A DNA stretch of 64,000 bases, taken from NCBI RefSeq assembly GCF_018350175.1, contig NC_058368.1:170502001-170566000 (forward strand), read 5' to 3'. Shown in pieces: positions 19,651 to 31,600 of this stretch. Under the pieces are notes generated by a model. That model was not told where the DNA came from. It did not search any database and saw nothing but the letters and a program-made list of their open reading frames with translations. Source of the stretch: Felis catus. Lineage: Eukaryota. Each line of letters opens with the position of its first letter. Position 1 is the stretch's first letter. The position numbers and the translations under genes were made by a program.

Positions 19651-22600
19651 TAGGGAAAAGTACCAGAGAACATTTCAGTTCTACAGCAATGTATTTGTTC
19701 AGTAAATATCCGTTCAGGTTCCCTTGAAGATGTAAACGTGATTAAGACCAGTTTTTGCCCCCTCTTAACGAGAAGGACTTGTAAGACATTTTATTGTGCA
19801 ATTTCTGACACGCTGGATTAGAAATTCAGACTAAAATACATTGGAAGATCTTGGAGGGGGTGAGATTAATTATGATTTTGGGGACTGTTCACATTTGGTA
19901 GCAAACTAGTTTCCTTAAACTTCCCCTGAGCATCTATTTTCTACTAACATTTGAGGGTCTCGTACGTGCTTCTTAGTCTAAGCCTGGCAGCAACTTCTTT
20001 GTGAGATATGTATCGTTTACCGTTTTCCGTAGCACCCTTGTATAAACTAGGAAACAATCTCAGAAATTAAGTTATTTGTCCCAGGGCTTCCTGCTTGTTA
20101 GTGATGGTTTTTCTCCTTTAATTTCTTATGAATCATAGTCTTTTGTTGCTGTTTACTTTTTCCCCTTCATCTTCTCCGAAGGAATGTATGCTCTGTGAAA
20201 GCAGGGAGCTTTTCTTTATGATAAAGATGATAATAGCCAGTGTTGATTAAGCGCTTTTTGTGGAAGCTGAGCTGTGAAGTTGCATTCTTTTAAGGATTGT
20301 GGGAAGCAAATGTGTTAGTAGCAAGAAGAGTTGGTTGTTGGTAGCTGGTTGAGTTAGTGGAAGAGGAAAGTGAGGGACATGCCCAAAGTGGAGATGGTGC
20401 TGGTGATGGCAGCTAACGTTTATTAAACGTTAATTATGCCTGGTTCCGTTAACACATTTTATACATTGAATACTCATAACAACTCCATAAAGCAGGTACC
20501 TATTTTATTTAATTTTTTTTAAGTTCATTTATTTTAAGAGAGAGAGAGAGAGAAAGTACGCACGCACGGGCACGCTAGTGGTGAAGGGGTAGAGAGAGGG
20601 AGAGAGAGAATCCCATTTGGGCTTTGCACTGACTGTGAGGAAGAGGGGCTCCATCCAATGAACAATGAAATCATAACCTGTGCTAAAATCAAGAGTCGGA
20701 TTCTTAACCATCTGAGCCACTCAGGTGCCTGGTACTTATTTTACTTCTTATTTTACAGATGAGGAGGAATTTGAGACACAGGGAGACTGATTAATTTTGT
20801 CAAGGTCATGTTGCTGGATCAGTAACCATAGATTGGGATCAGCTAATTACAGCCTGCAAGCCAGTCCTATCCTGCATTTGTTTTTGTATATCTGTGACAT
20901 TTTTGTTTATCTTTTTGAGTTTAAGTGTTTTGAGTTTATTTGTTCGAGTTTATTCTAATATAATGATCTCTAAGTAAAATTTTCCACAGTAGTAGAATAC
21001 AATATAATTAAATTTTGCATGGTATGGAGACCTGTGTGTGTTTACATTTAAGAAATATAGGATATGTAAAAAAAAAAGAAAAAAGAAATATGGGATATGT
21101 AATTTGATCTCCAAGGGCCCTTTCAGTCTTAATATTCTAGCATCTCTGGGATTTGAATTTACACTTATACCTCACTGAACTCTGTGCTTCAGAGATGGGT
21201 GGTTTTGACATTTAAAAAAAAAATTTTTTTAACGTTTATTTATTTTTGAGACAGAGAGAGACAGAGCATGAATGGGGGAGGGTCAGAGAGAGAGGGAGAC
21301 ACAGAATCGGAAGCAGGCTCCAGGCTCTGAGCTATCAGCCCAGAGCCCGACGCGGGGCTCGAACTCACGGACTGTGAGATCGTGACCTGAGCCAAACCCG
21401 GACGGTTAACCAACTGAGCCACCCAGGTGCCCCAGTTTTGACATTTTTAAATGGTTGGAGAAAAAATAAAAACTAACAATATGTCATGATATATTAAAAT
21501 TACATGAAAATCAAATTTCTGTATACATAAGTCAAATTTATTGGAATAGAGCTATACACATTTGTTTATATATTATATGTGGTTGCTTTCAAGTTTTGTT
21601 AGCAGTTGCATAGTTTCAGCAAAGACCACATAGCCTACCAAGCCCTGAAGTTACTATATGACCCTTTGTAGAAAACGTTTATGTCCCCCTTCCGTCACCA
21701 CTCCTGATGAAATAGTTGAAAATACAAGTTTTCCTAATAATGAAAAATTAGGGTCAGTAAATATATTTTTTAGGAAAGAGAGCATAGCAGATTTATGTAT
21801 GAGATTATCTTAGTTTTCAAGTGTTAAATTTTCATTAACAAAAGCAATTATAATCTAATATATTTTTTTTTTTCTTTTTAAAAACAGGTTCAGAAACTTA
21901 GTCTGGTGGCAGTAAGTAAGTATAAACTTCATCCTGAATTTATTCATGTTTAGTGTCTTTTAAAAATATTAAATTTGGGGGCACCTGGGTGGCTCAGTCC
22001 ATTAAGCGTCTGACTTTGGCTCAGGTCATGATCTTGTGGTTCGTGAGTTCGAGCCCCATGTTGGGCTCTGTGCTGACAGCTCGAGGCATGGAGCCTGCTT
22101 TGGATTCTGTGTCTCCCTCTCAGTCTGCCCCTCCCTCACTCATGCTCAGTATCACTCTGTCGCTCAAAAATAAATGTTAAAAAAATTTTTTTTAAATATA
22201 TTAAGTTTTTGACATTAATTTTAAGACACAGAATATATAAGAAATTCATTGTGTATTTCTGATAAACTTACATAGTTTAAAAAATAAGTTCAGGATAGGA
22301 TCAGATGTCACATTTAGTTGTCATCTCTTTAGTCTTTTTAAATTTAGAATAGTTGATTAGACTTTGTGTTTCACAGCATTGATATTTTTGAAGAGTATAG
22401 GCCAGTTCTTTTATAGAATGTCCTTCAATTTGACTTTTTCTGCTGTTTTCTCGTGATTAGATTCAGGTTATGCACTATGACAAGAATAACAAAGAAATAA
22501 TTCAGAATTCTCAGTGAATTTTATTAGCAGGCACATGCTGTTGATTAGTTCTATTCCTGGCAGTGGTAACTTTGATCATTTTATTAAGGTAACATTTGTC

Positions 22601-25600
22601 AGGAGGCTCCATTTTAAAGTTTTACTCTTTGTAATTAATAAGTATCTTGTGGTTAGATACAGTGAGACAGTGTAAATATCCTGTTACTTTTGAGAGTTTT
22701 ACCCACCATTTTGTCACTTAGTGATGGTACTTGCCTGAACCAGTTATTAGAATGATGATTACCAAATAGTGATTTTCGGGTTACATCATTCCTTCTACTG
22801 CAAGGAAGGGTTTTCCCTTTTCCTACTTTTTGATACTTTTCCAATAGAAGGAAAATTTATTTTTTTGGAAACCGTTTTACAGAATAAAGGGCCTGCCAGG
22901 GCTGAGAGATTGTAGTATAACCATGAAATGTGATCTTTGTAACAGAAACAGAGGAGAGCTATAAGGAACCTAGTGTATGTGTCTGATTAACTTAAAATTT
23001 TAAAACGATTATAGAAGGGCACTATAGCCTAAGTTGAATACAAAGTAATTAATAAACCTATGAAAATAGTATTTGGGGAATGAAATTTTTTTTTTTTAAG
23101 TTTTATTTTATTTATTTTGAGAGAGAGCAAGCGAGCACGTGTGTGGGGGAGGGGCAGAGAGAGAGGGAGAGAGAGAACCCCAAGCAGGCTCTGCACTGTC
23201 AGTACAGAGCCCAGTGTGGGGCTTGAGCTCATGAACCGTGAGATCATGATCTGGGCTAAGATCAAGAGTCAGACGCATAACAGACTGGGCCACCCAGATG
23301 CCCTGGGAATGAAATCTTAAAGTAGAATATGCAGCCTGAAAAATACTTAAAACAATCATCTATCTTCTAACTCTCCTGCCCCTAAAACAAGGAATAAAAA
23401 GAAAAGGCCAATGTGACCATGATAGAGAGGAATAAAGAAATCATATCGTGTGAGAAATGGCTAGAGGTGATAGGCGTATTTGCCTTGGAGAAGACTGAGT
23501 AGATAACTGTATTGTTCATTTAAAGGGTCAGGATTTAGAGTATCATAGGGAATTTTTCTGAGGTTTTCCCAAAGCATAGACTTAAATAGGGGTTAGGTCT
23601 TGATTTACTTTAAAAATTTTCCTAGAGTTATAAGTAAATGTGGCATTCCTGAAGGCATTTACATGAAGGGTTGATAACTATCTGCCAGTTTTTTTATGTG
23701 AAGTGTGATTTTTTTCCAAATAACTTCAAAAAGCTTTTCATTTCTTTAGGATTACATTTTAATGTCTGTAAATACTAGATTTTAATTCTCTTAGGGAAGA
23801 TCAGGTGATTTAATATTCTCAGTCTGGTAGTTATTATTAGAAGTATAAAGTAACATTGAAGTCAACTTTATACCGATTAGTTTTTATTCATGTATCTACA
23901 CATAGATACATATTTTTTAATTATAGCCATGAAAAATGGTATATGTATACTTGAGATTTCTGTCTGTGCCAAGATCTTACAATTTCTTCTTTTATATTTT
24001 CTTTTACCTAGGTAACTCTGTCCCACAGGATATCTGCTGTATGGCAGCTGATGGGAGGCTAGTCTTTGCTGCTTATGGGAATGTTTTCTCTGCATTTGCC
24101 CGTAATAAAGAGGTTTGTATCACTGAACTATTTTAATGTGTTTTTTGCAGTTAATAGTTAACTGTAGTGAAAGTGGAGGGAACTTTAATGTTACTGTTCT
24201 TCTATTAGAATTCTCTGGACATGTACTTGTTTTGTTTTAAACATTTATCTGGTTTTCTGGAGGAAGAGAAAGTTGATTTCATCAAATTTTCAAAATTAGT
24301 TAAAACTGGTACTTCAGTTTTCTTCATCAGGGTTGAACATCAGAATTATTTGGGCAGCTTCTTCAAAAATTTTCCTGCCCAGTTGGGTCTCATATCCTGA
24401 GCTTTCTACTTTGTGTTTTTGGGTGGGGTAGGATTTAGAAAATACTTTTGAAGATGCTTTCCCAGGAGATTCTTTTTTTTTCCTTTTCTTTTTTTTTTTT
24501 TTTTTTTTTATCCAAGTTAGTGAGAGGCACCTGGGTGGCTCAGTCAGTTGAGTGTCTGACTTCTGCTCAGGTCATGCTCTCACAGTTTGTGGGTTTGAGC
24601 CACAAACTTCTGTCTGCAGAAGCATGTCAGGCTCTGTGCTGACAGCTCAGAGCCTGGAGCCTGCTTTGGATTCTGTCTCCCTCACTCCCTGCCCCTCCCC
24701 AGCTCATGCTCTGTTCCTCTCTCACTTAAAACAGTAAAATAAAACGTTAAAAATGTTTTTTAAATCCAAGCTAGTGAGTGTATAGTCTAATAATGATTTC
24801 AGGAATTGAATTTAGTGATTCATACTAACATAAAATACCCAGTGCTCATCCCAACAAGTGCCCTTCTTAATGTCCATCACCCATTTACCATTTAGCCCAT
24901 CCCCCCACCCACCACCCTGCCAGCAACTCTCAGTTTCTTCTCTGTATTTAAGAGTCTATTATGGTTTGTCTCCTTCTCTGGTTCTATCTTATTTTTGCTT
25001 CCCTTCCCTTATGTTCATCTGTTCTGTTTCTTAAATTCCACATATGAGTGAATCATGTATTTGTCTTTCTCTGACTTATTTTGCTTGACATAATACACTC
25101 TAGTTCCATCCATTTTGTTGCAAATGGCAAGATTTCATTCTTTTTGATCGTCAAGTAACATTCCAATGTATATAAATACCACATCTTCTTTATCCATTAG
25201 TCAGTCGATGGACATTTGGGCTCTTTCCATACTTTGGCTATTGTTGATAGTGCTGCTATAAACATTGGGGAGCATATGTCCCTTCGAAACAGCACACCAG
25301 TATCCCGTGGATAAATGCCTAGTAGTGCAATTGCTGGGTCATAGGGTAGTTCTATTTTTAATTTTTTGAGGAACCTCCATACTGTTTTCTAGAGTGGCTG
25401 CACCAGTTTGCATTCCCACCAGCAGCACAAAAGGGTTCCTCTTTCTCCGCATCCTTGCTAACATCTGTTGTTGCCTAAGTTGTTAATGTTAGCCATCGTG
25501 ACAGGTGTGAGGTGGTATCTCATTGTGGTTTTGATTTGTATTTCTCTGGTGATGAGTGATGTTGAGCATCTTCTCATGTGTCTGTTAGCCATGTTTTCAT

Positions 25601-28600
25601 TGGAAAAGTGTCTATTCATGGTTTTTTTTGCCCATTTCTTCACTGGATTATTGGTTTTTTGGGTGTTGAGGTTGATAAGTTGTTTATAGAGTTTAGATAC
25701 TAACTCTTTATTTGATATGTCACTTGCAAATATCTTCTATTCCATTGGTTGCCTTTTAGTTTTGCTGATTGTTTCCTTCGTTTTGCAGAAGCATTTTATC
25801 TTGATGAGGTCCCAGTAGCATCTTTGCTTTTGTTTCCTTTGCCTCCAGAGAAACGTCAAGTAAGAAGTTGTTGCAGCTGAGGTCAAAGATGTTGTTGCCT
25901 ATTTTCTTCTCTAGGATTTTGATGGCTTCCTGTCTTACGTTTAGGTCTTTCACCCATTTTGAGTTTATTTTGTCTGTGGTATAAGAAAGTGGTCCAGGTT
26001 CATTCTTCTGCGTGTCTCTGTCTAGTTTTCCCAACACCATTTACTGAAGAGACTCTTTTTTCCGTTAGATATTCTTTCCTGCTTTGCCAAAGGTTAGTTG
26101 GCCATACGTTTGTGGGTCCATTTCTGGGTTCTCTATTCTGTTCCACTGATCTGAGTGTCTGTTTTTGTGACAGTACCATACTCTCTTGATTACAGCTTTC
26201 TGATACAGCTTGAAGTCCAGAATTGTGATGCCTCCTGCTTTGGTTTTCTTTTCCAACAGTACTTTGGTTATTCGGGATTTTTTTCTGGTTCCATGCAAAT
26301 TTTAGAATTGTTTGTTCTAGCTCTGTGAAGAATGCTGGTGTTATTTTGATAGGGGTTGCATTGAATATGTAGATTATTTTGGGCAGTATCAACATTTTAA
26401 CACTATTTGTTCTTCCAATCCACAAGCATGGAATGTTTTTCTGTTTCTTCTGTTTTGTAGTTTTCAGAGTATAGATCTTTACCTCTTTGGTTAGATTTAT
26501 TCTTAGGTATCTTATGGTTTTTGGTGCAATTGTAAATAGGATTGATTCCTTTATTTTGTTTTCTGCTGCTTCATTATTGGTGTATAGAAATGAAACCAAT
26601 TTCTGTACATTGGTTTTTATATCCTTTGACTTTGCTGAATTCATGTATCAGTTGTAGCAGTTTTTTGGTTGAATCTTTTGGGTTTTCCACATAGAGTATC
26701 ATGTCATCTGCAAATAGTGAAAGTTTGACTTCCTTCCTGCTGATTTGGATGCCTTTTATTTCTTTTTTGCTGCCTGATTGCTGAGGCTAGGACTTCCAAC
26801 ACTGTTGAATAACAATGGTGAGAGTGGACATCCCTGTCGTGTTTCTGCCTGCAGGGGAAAAGCTCTTAGTCTTCCCCCATTGAGGATGATATTAGCTGTG
26901 GGTCTTTCATATATGTCCTTATGATCTTGAGGTGTGTTCCTTCTATCCATACCTCTTGAGGGTTTTTATCAAGAAAGGATGCTGTTTTTTTGTCAAATGC
27001 TTTTTCTGCATCTGTTGAGACGATCATGTGGTTCTTATTCTTTTATTAATGTGATGTATCACATTGATTGATTTGCAGATATTGAACCAACCCTGCATTC
27101 CAGGAATAAATCCCACTTGATCATGGTGAATAATTCTTTTAATGTATTGTTGGATCCAGTTTGCTATTATCTTGAGAATTTTTACATCCATTTGCATCAG
27201 GGAAATTGGTCTATAGTTCTCCGTTTTAGTGGGGTCTTTGTCTGGTTTTAGAATCAAGGTAATACTGGCTTCATAGAATGAGTTTGGAAGTTTTCCTTCC
27301 ATTTTTATTTTTTGGAACAGCTTAAAAAGAATAGATGTTAACTCTTCTTAAAATGTTTGGTAGAATTCCCCTGGAAAGCCATCTGGCTCTGGACTTTTGT
27401 TTTATGAGAGATTTTTTATTACTGATTTAATTTCTTTACTCGTTATGGGCCTGTTCAAATTTTCTGTTTCTTCCTGTTTCAGTTTTGGTAATTTACATGT
27501 TTTGGAATTTGTCCATCTCTTCCAGATTGCCCAATTTGTTGGCATATAATTTTTCATAATATTCTCTCATTATTGTTTGTATTTCTGCGGTGTTGGTTGT
27601 GATCTCTCCTCTTTCATTTGTGATTTTATTTATTTGGGTCCTTTCTTTTTTCTTTTTGATCAGTCCTGCTAGTGGTTTATCAATTTTGTTAATTCTTTTA
27701 AAGAACCAGCTTCTGGTTTCATTGATTTTTTTTCTACTATTTTTTTTTTTTTTTAACTTCGCTGTCATTGATTTCTGCTCTAAAATCATTTCCCTTCTTC
27801 TGCTGTTTTGGGCTTCATTTGCTGTTCTTTTTTCAGCTCTTTTAGGTGAAAGTTTAGGTTATGTATTTGAGACCTTTCTTCCTTCTCTAGGAAGGCCTGA
27901 ATTGATATATACTTCTCTCTTATATTGCCTTTGCTGTATTCCTGAGGTTTTGGGCTGTCATGTTTTCATTTTATTTATGCCACTACTTTATGTGGATTGA
28001 ATGTTTCATTATGAACAACTCAGCCCATGACTCCTTTTCTAAGAACCAAGTGGTTCTCTGTATAGAGAAGACAAGATTCTCTGTTTTCTACACTGGTAAG
28101 GAAGGGTCTTTTCTTAATCTCTCATTTGGTTTCTAAGTTTGTTCTGGAAAAACAGCCTTGAGAGATGACCTGGCTCAGGAGGTCCAGAATGAAAAGGGAA
28201 GTGGTAGTATGGCTGCCTAGATAGCCAAGGATTCGGATCAGTGTACTTGTTAAGGTCTAACTTGGACTGACATTTGTTCCCAGGGTCCTCCATCATCACT
28301 CCCTGTGGCAGAGGAGGGCAGTTTACCTGTGGAGATCTTTAATGGGACTTGTTTGAATTTTTAGAGTCAGGAAAAATGTCCTTTTTTTTTTTTTTTTTTT
28401 TTTTTAATACAAAATACTGCAGTTTGTAGTTTTCCCTGGAAGATACAAATAGAGAGAAAGTAAGGGTGGCAAGGCATGAGAGACTAATTGCAGGAATTGT
28501 AGGAAGCTGTTACCACTTCTAGGTCCAAAGGACAAGGAGAAGAAATAACGTTTCTGGAATTTGGTGAGAACTGAAATCATAGAGAAGGGGCTGTAGTTCT

Positions 28601-31600
28601 TAAGGAATGCAGCTACTGTAAGGATAAGGGTCTCTGTGTATCAAAACAGAAGTACTCTATCCTCCCTATCTCATCTGGAAGCCAGCTGGTGATGGAGCTT
28701 ATAGAGTTAGCCTTCTAGAACATAACCATTTTTTTAGGATGCATGGAGTAGTGCTGGTTAGATTGGGTGAACAACCCGGCTGTATGTGTCCTCCCTAAGC
28801 TCAGTTGTGAGGTTGAACTTCAGAGGTCTCATTTCTATGTTTCCAGTTTAGGCTTCCTTATTATTGGACTGGCTGAGGGAGCAGGTGAAAATGCCTGGTT
28901 CCTTGCCATTTGTTAATCTAACCTTGGATAATCAAAAGTTGGATTACGTATCTTAATGAGAGCATCTTTAGGATTAGCATGTTTTTGGTTAATATGAATA
29001 ATGTTAAATGTTGAATGAGTAATAATATTAAATTCTTTTGAACTTTAACATTGTAGGTAGTACACACCTTTAAGGGTCATAAAGCAGAAATCCATCTGTT
29101 GCAACCCTTTGGGGATCACATTATCTCTGTTGATACTGACAGCATTCTTATTATTTGGCACATATATTCAGAAGGTAAGAATGAGCCAATTTATTGCATT
29201 ATCATGGGGGTGGATAGTATGTGTGCAGCTAAAATTAAAAACCTATGTAAACACAACTTCTATGTCAGAGGTTTCACATGTAATCAGAAAAAAATTTAGA
29301 CTCTTTAATATATATGAAGAAAAAGGTTGTAAGTAAAAAATGGATAGATAATTTTAGTCAGCTAGGAGCTAATTATAGTATTTATAACCTGTTTAATGTA
29401 TTAATTTCAGCTAATACATTTTCCATTGCAGTTCTCCAAGTTCAGTGATGCGTGAATTATTTTCTCTGTAGAGTGCATTTTGGTGTATGATTACACCTGA
29501 GTAACTCTTGGTTTGTATTTTCAACTTTCCGCAAAGGAGATTGTGGTAGTAAACTAAAGATCCTGTAAAGATCCTGTAAAGATCCTATAACCTAAAGGAA
29601 AGTATACATCCTTTCTCTAAGAATATGAGTCAGTGTTCTTTAACTGTGATAGTCTTATACAGTGGTAGCAAGCTATGTTTGGTGGAAATGTATGAGAATC
29701 ACTGTTTTTACTTTCACCAAGATTTGCCTCTTACTTTTTACATCTTTGAGAGACCCATCAATCCCCCTAGATATTTGGCTTTTCACTCCATGGAAGAGTT
29801 CGGTATAAGTACTTCACTTTGGAATATTCACTCTGCCTCTTGATCAAATTATAAAAATAGTAAGGCTGATTCCTTTTTTTAAGCCTTATTTTTTATTCCT
29901 ATAAACAAGTTCAGCAATGAGTGGAATTTTTAATAGTACTGATATTAGAATTTTAGAGAACTTTTGACAGTCTAAATTACATTTACAAGTTGCCCCTCAT
30001 TACATTTAATTTCTCAAGGAATGTGTAAAGGTTCGAATGTAAGTCTTTGGTTTATATTAAGACATAAATCTCTGATATGGTAGGCTTACTTTAAGGGCTA
30101 GATATATAGATATATGAAAAATAATTACATGTTGTTTATAACTTTTACTTTTGTAGAGGAATATCTGCAATTGACTTTTGATAAATCAGTATTTAAAATT
30201 TCTGCAATTTTGCACCCAAGTACCTACTTGAATAAAATACTTCTTGGCAGTGAACAAGGAAGCCTACAGTTGTGGAATGTAAAATCCAAGTAAGCACTTT
30301 ATTTAGAATATAATGTAGGTGGTTCCCATTTTATCCTTACCTACTACTCCCTAACACATACTTAAGTCTCTCAATTCTCCCTGCCTTTATATGTTTACCT
30401 GAGGGCCTTCTATAAGTATACCTACTTTTGGTGTTGTTACGGTATCACATAGGCAAAAGGTGGCATGTGGTCCTGGCATATGGTAGGCAGCTTCATAAGT
30501 ATCCATTTAAAAGTATATACTAATGGCCCTAATCTGTAAAGAATCCATATAACTATAGAGAAGACTCTAGTAAAGTAACATAAGAAAATAATTATGTGTT
30601 GGTCACTGGACAGCATCTAGTTTTCAATAAACTGAAGAAGTAGGAGAAGGCAAAGTCAATCAGTATTAATTTAGTGCTAGCATTTAGGAATCATTTTTAG
30701 AGTAAAAGTCCTTGTATTATCAACCACAAACTTGATGGACATTTACTATAATATTATTGGTATAGCTGGAGGGCTAGATAAATGGTTTTGAATACCTCCA
30801 CCTGTTATTTGAACATTTATCTGGAGAAAAAAGTGATAGTTCAATCTTTGTATAGCATTAAAAAGACAAAAATATTTGACCATCCAAATTGTACTTTCTA
30901 AATCCCTCATAAATTTGAAAGGGAAAATAAGATTATCAAAGGTTTAACATTTATCCTAGTTCGTAGTTTTAAATCAGTGTTTTCATTCAATTTAGCAAAT
31001 ATTGACTACCTACCCTTGTAGGTTTAGGGATAATGACAAGTATTGTCTCTGCTCCTGCATTATATCTTGAGGCTCTTTATGTGATGTTTACACACTATTT
31101 TACATTAAATATTCCTTGGATAATCATTGAGTAACTAATCTGTGCCCACTTACTAAATATACTATATGATTTAATACTTTATTGAATATCATTATAACAA
31201 TTTCAGAATCTGTTTCTTCATGGACTTCTTTATCGTTTGTGGCTTGATTCTGTAATTTAGAGCAGCATCACTATTGTCATGTGACAGTTATATAACATAA
31301 GTATCATAGTTATATTCCCATTGGTAATATTTTTCTAGAAACACACTGCAGTAAAAAAACAAGATCCACCTACATTCTAAGATGGTTTTTTGTTATAGTC
31401 TGTAATATAAAATGATTTTTAGCTTGTATTTTTTTTCTATTTCTTAAAGAGTTCGCATAATGTAGTAGTTACTAGCAGCATGGGGCATAGGATCTGGAGT
31501 TGGTCTGTCTGGGCTCTATGAATTATTAGCCATAGAACCTTAGCTTAATTGTTTCACATAATTAAGTTTCTTATTTTCTTATCTGGATAATGGTGATAAT

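Noticed and set aside
25458..27789. Minus-strand ORFs with reverse-transcriptase motifs as a functional gene
   Set aside because: Frameshifted fragments of a 5'-truncated L1 ORF2.
29555..29587. TAAAGATCCTG x3 short direct repeats
   Set aside because: Simple 11-bp slippage repeat without spacers; not CRISPR-like.
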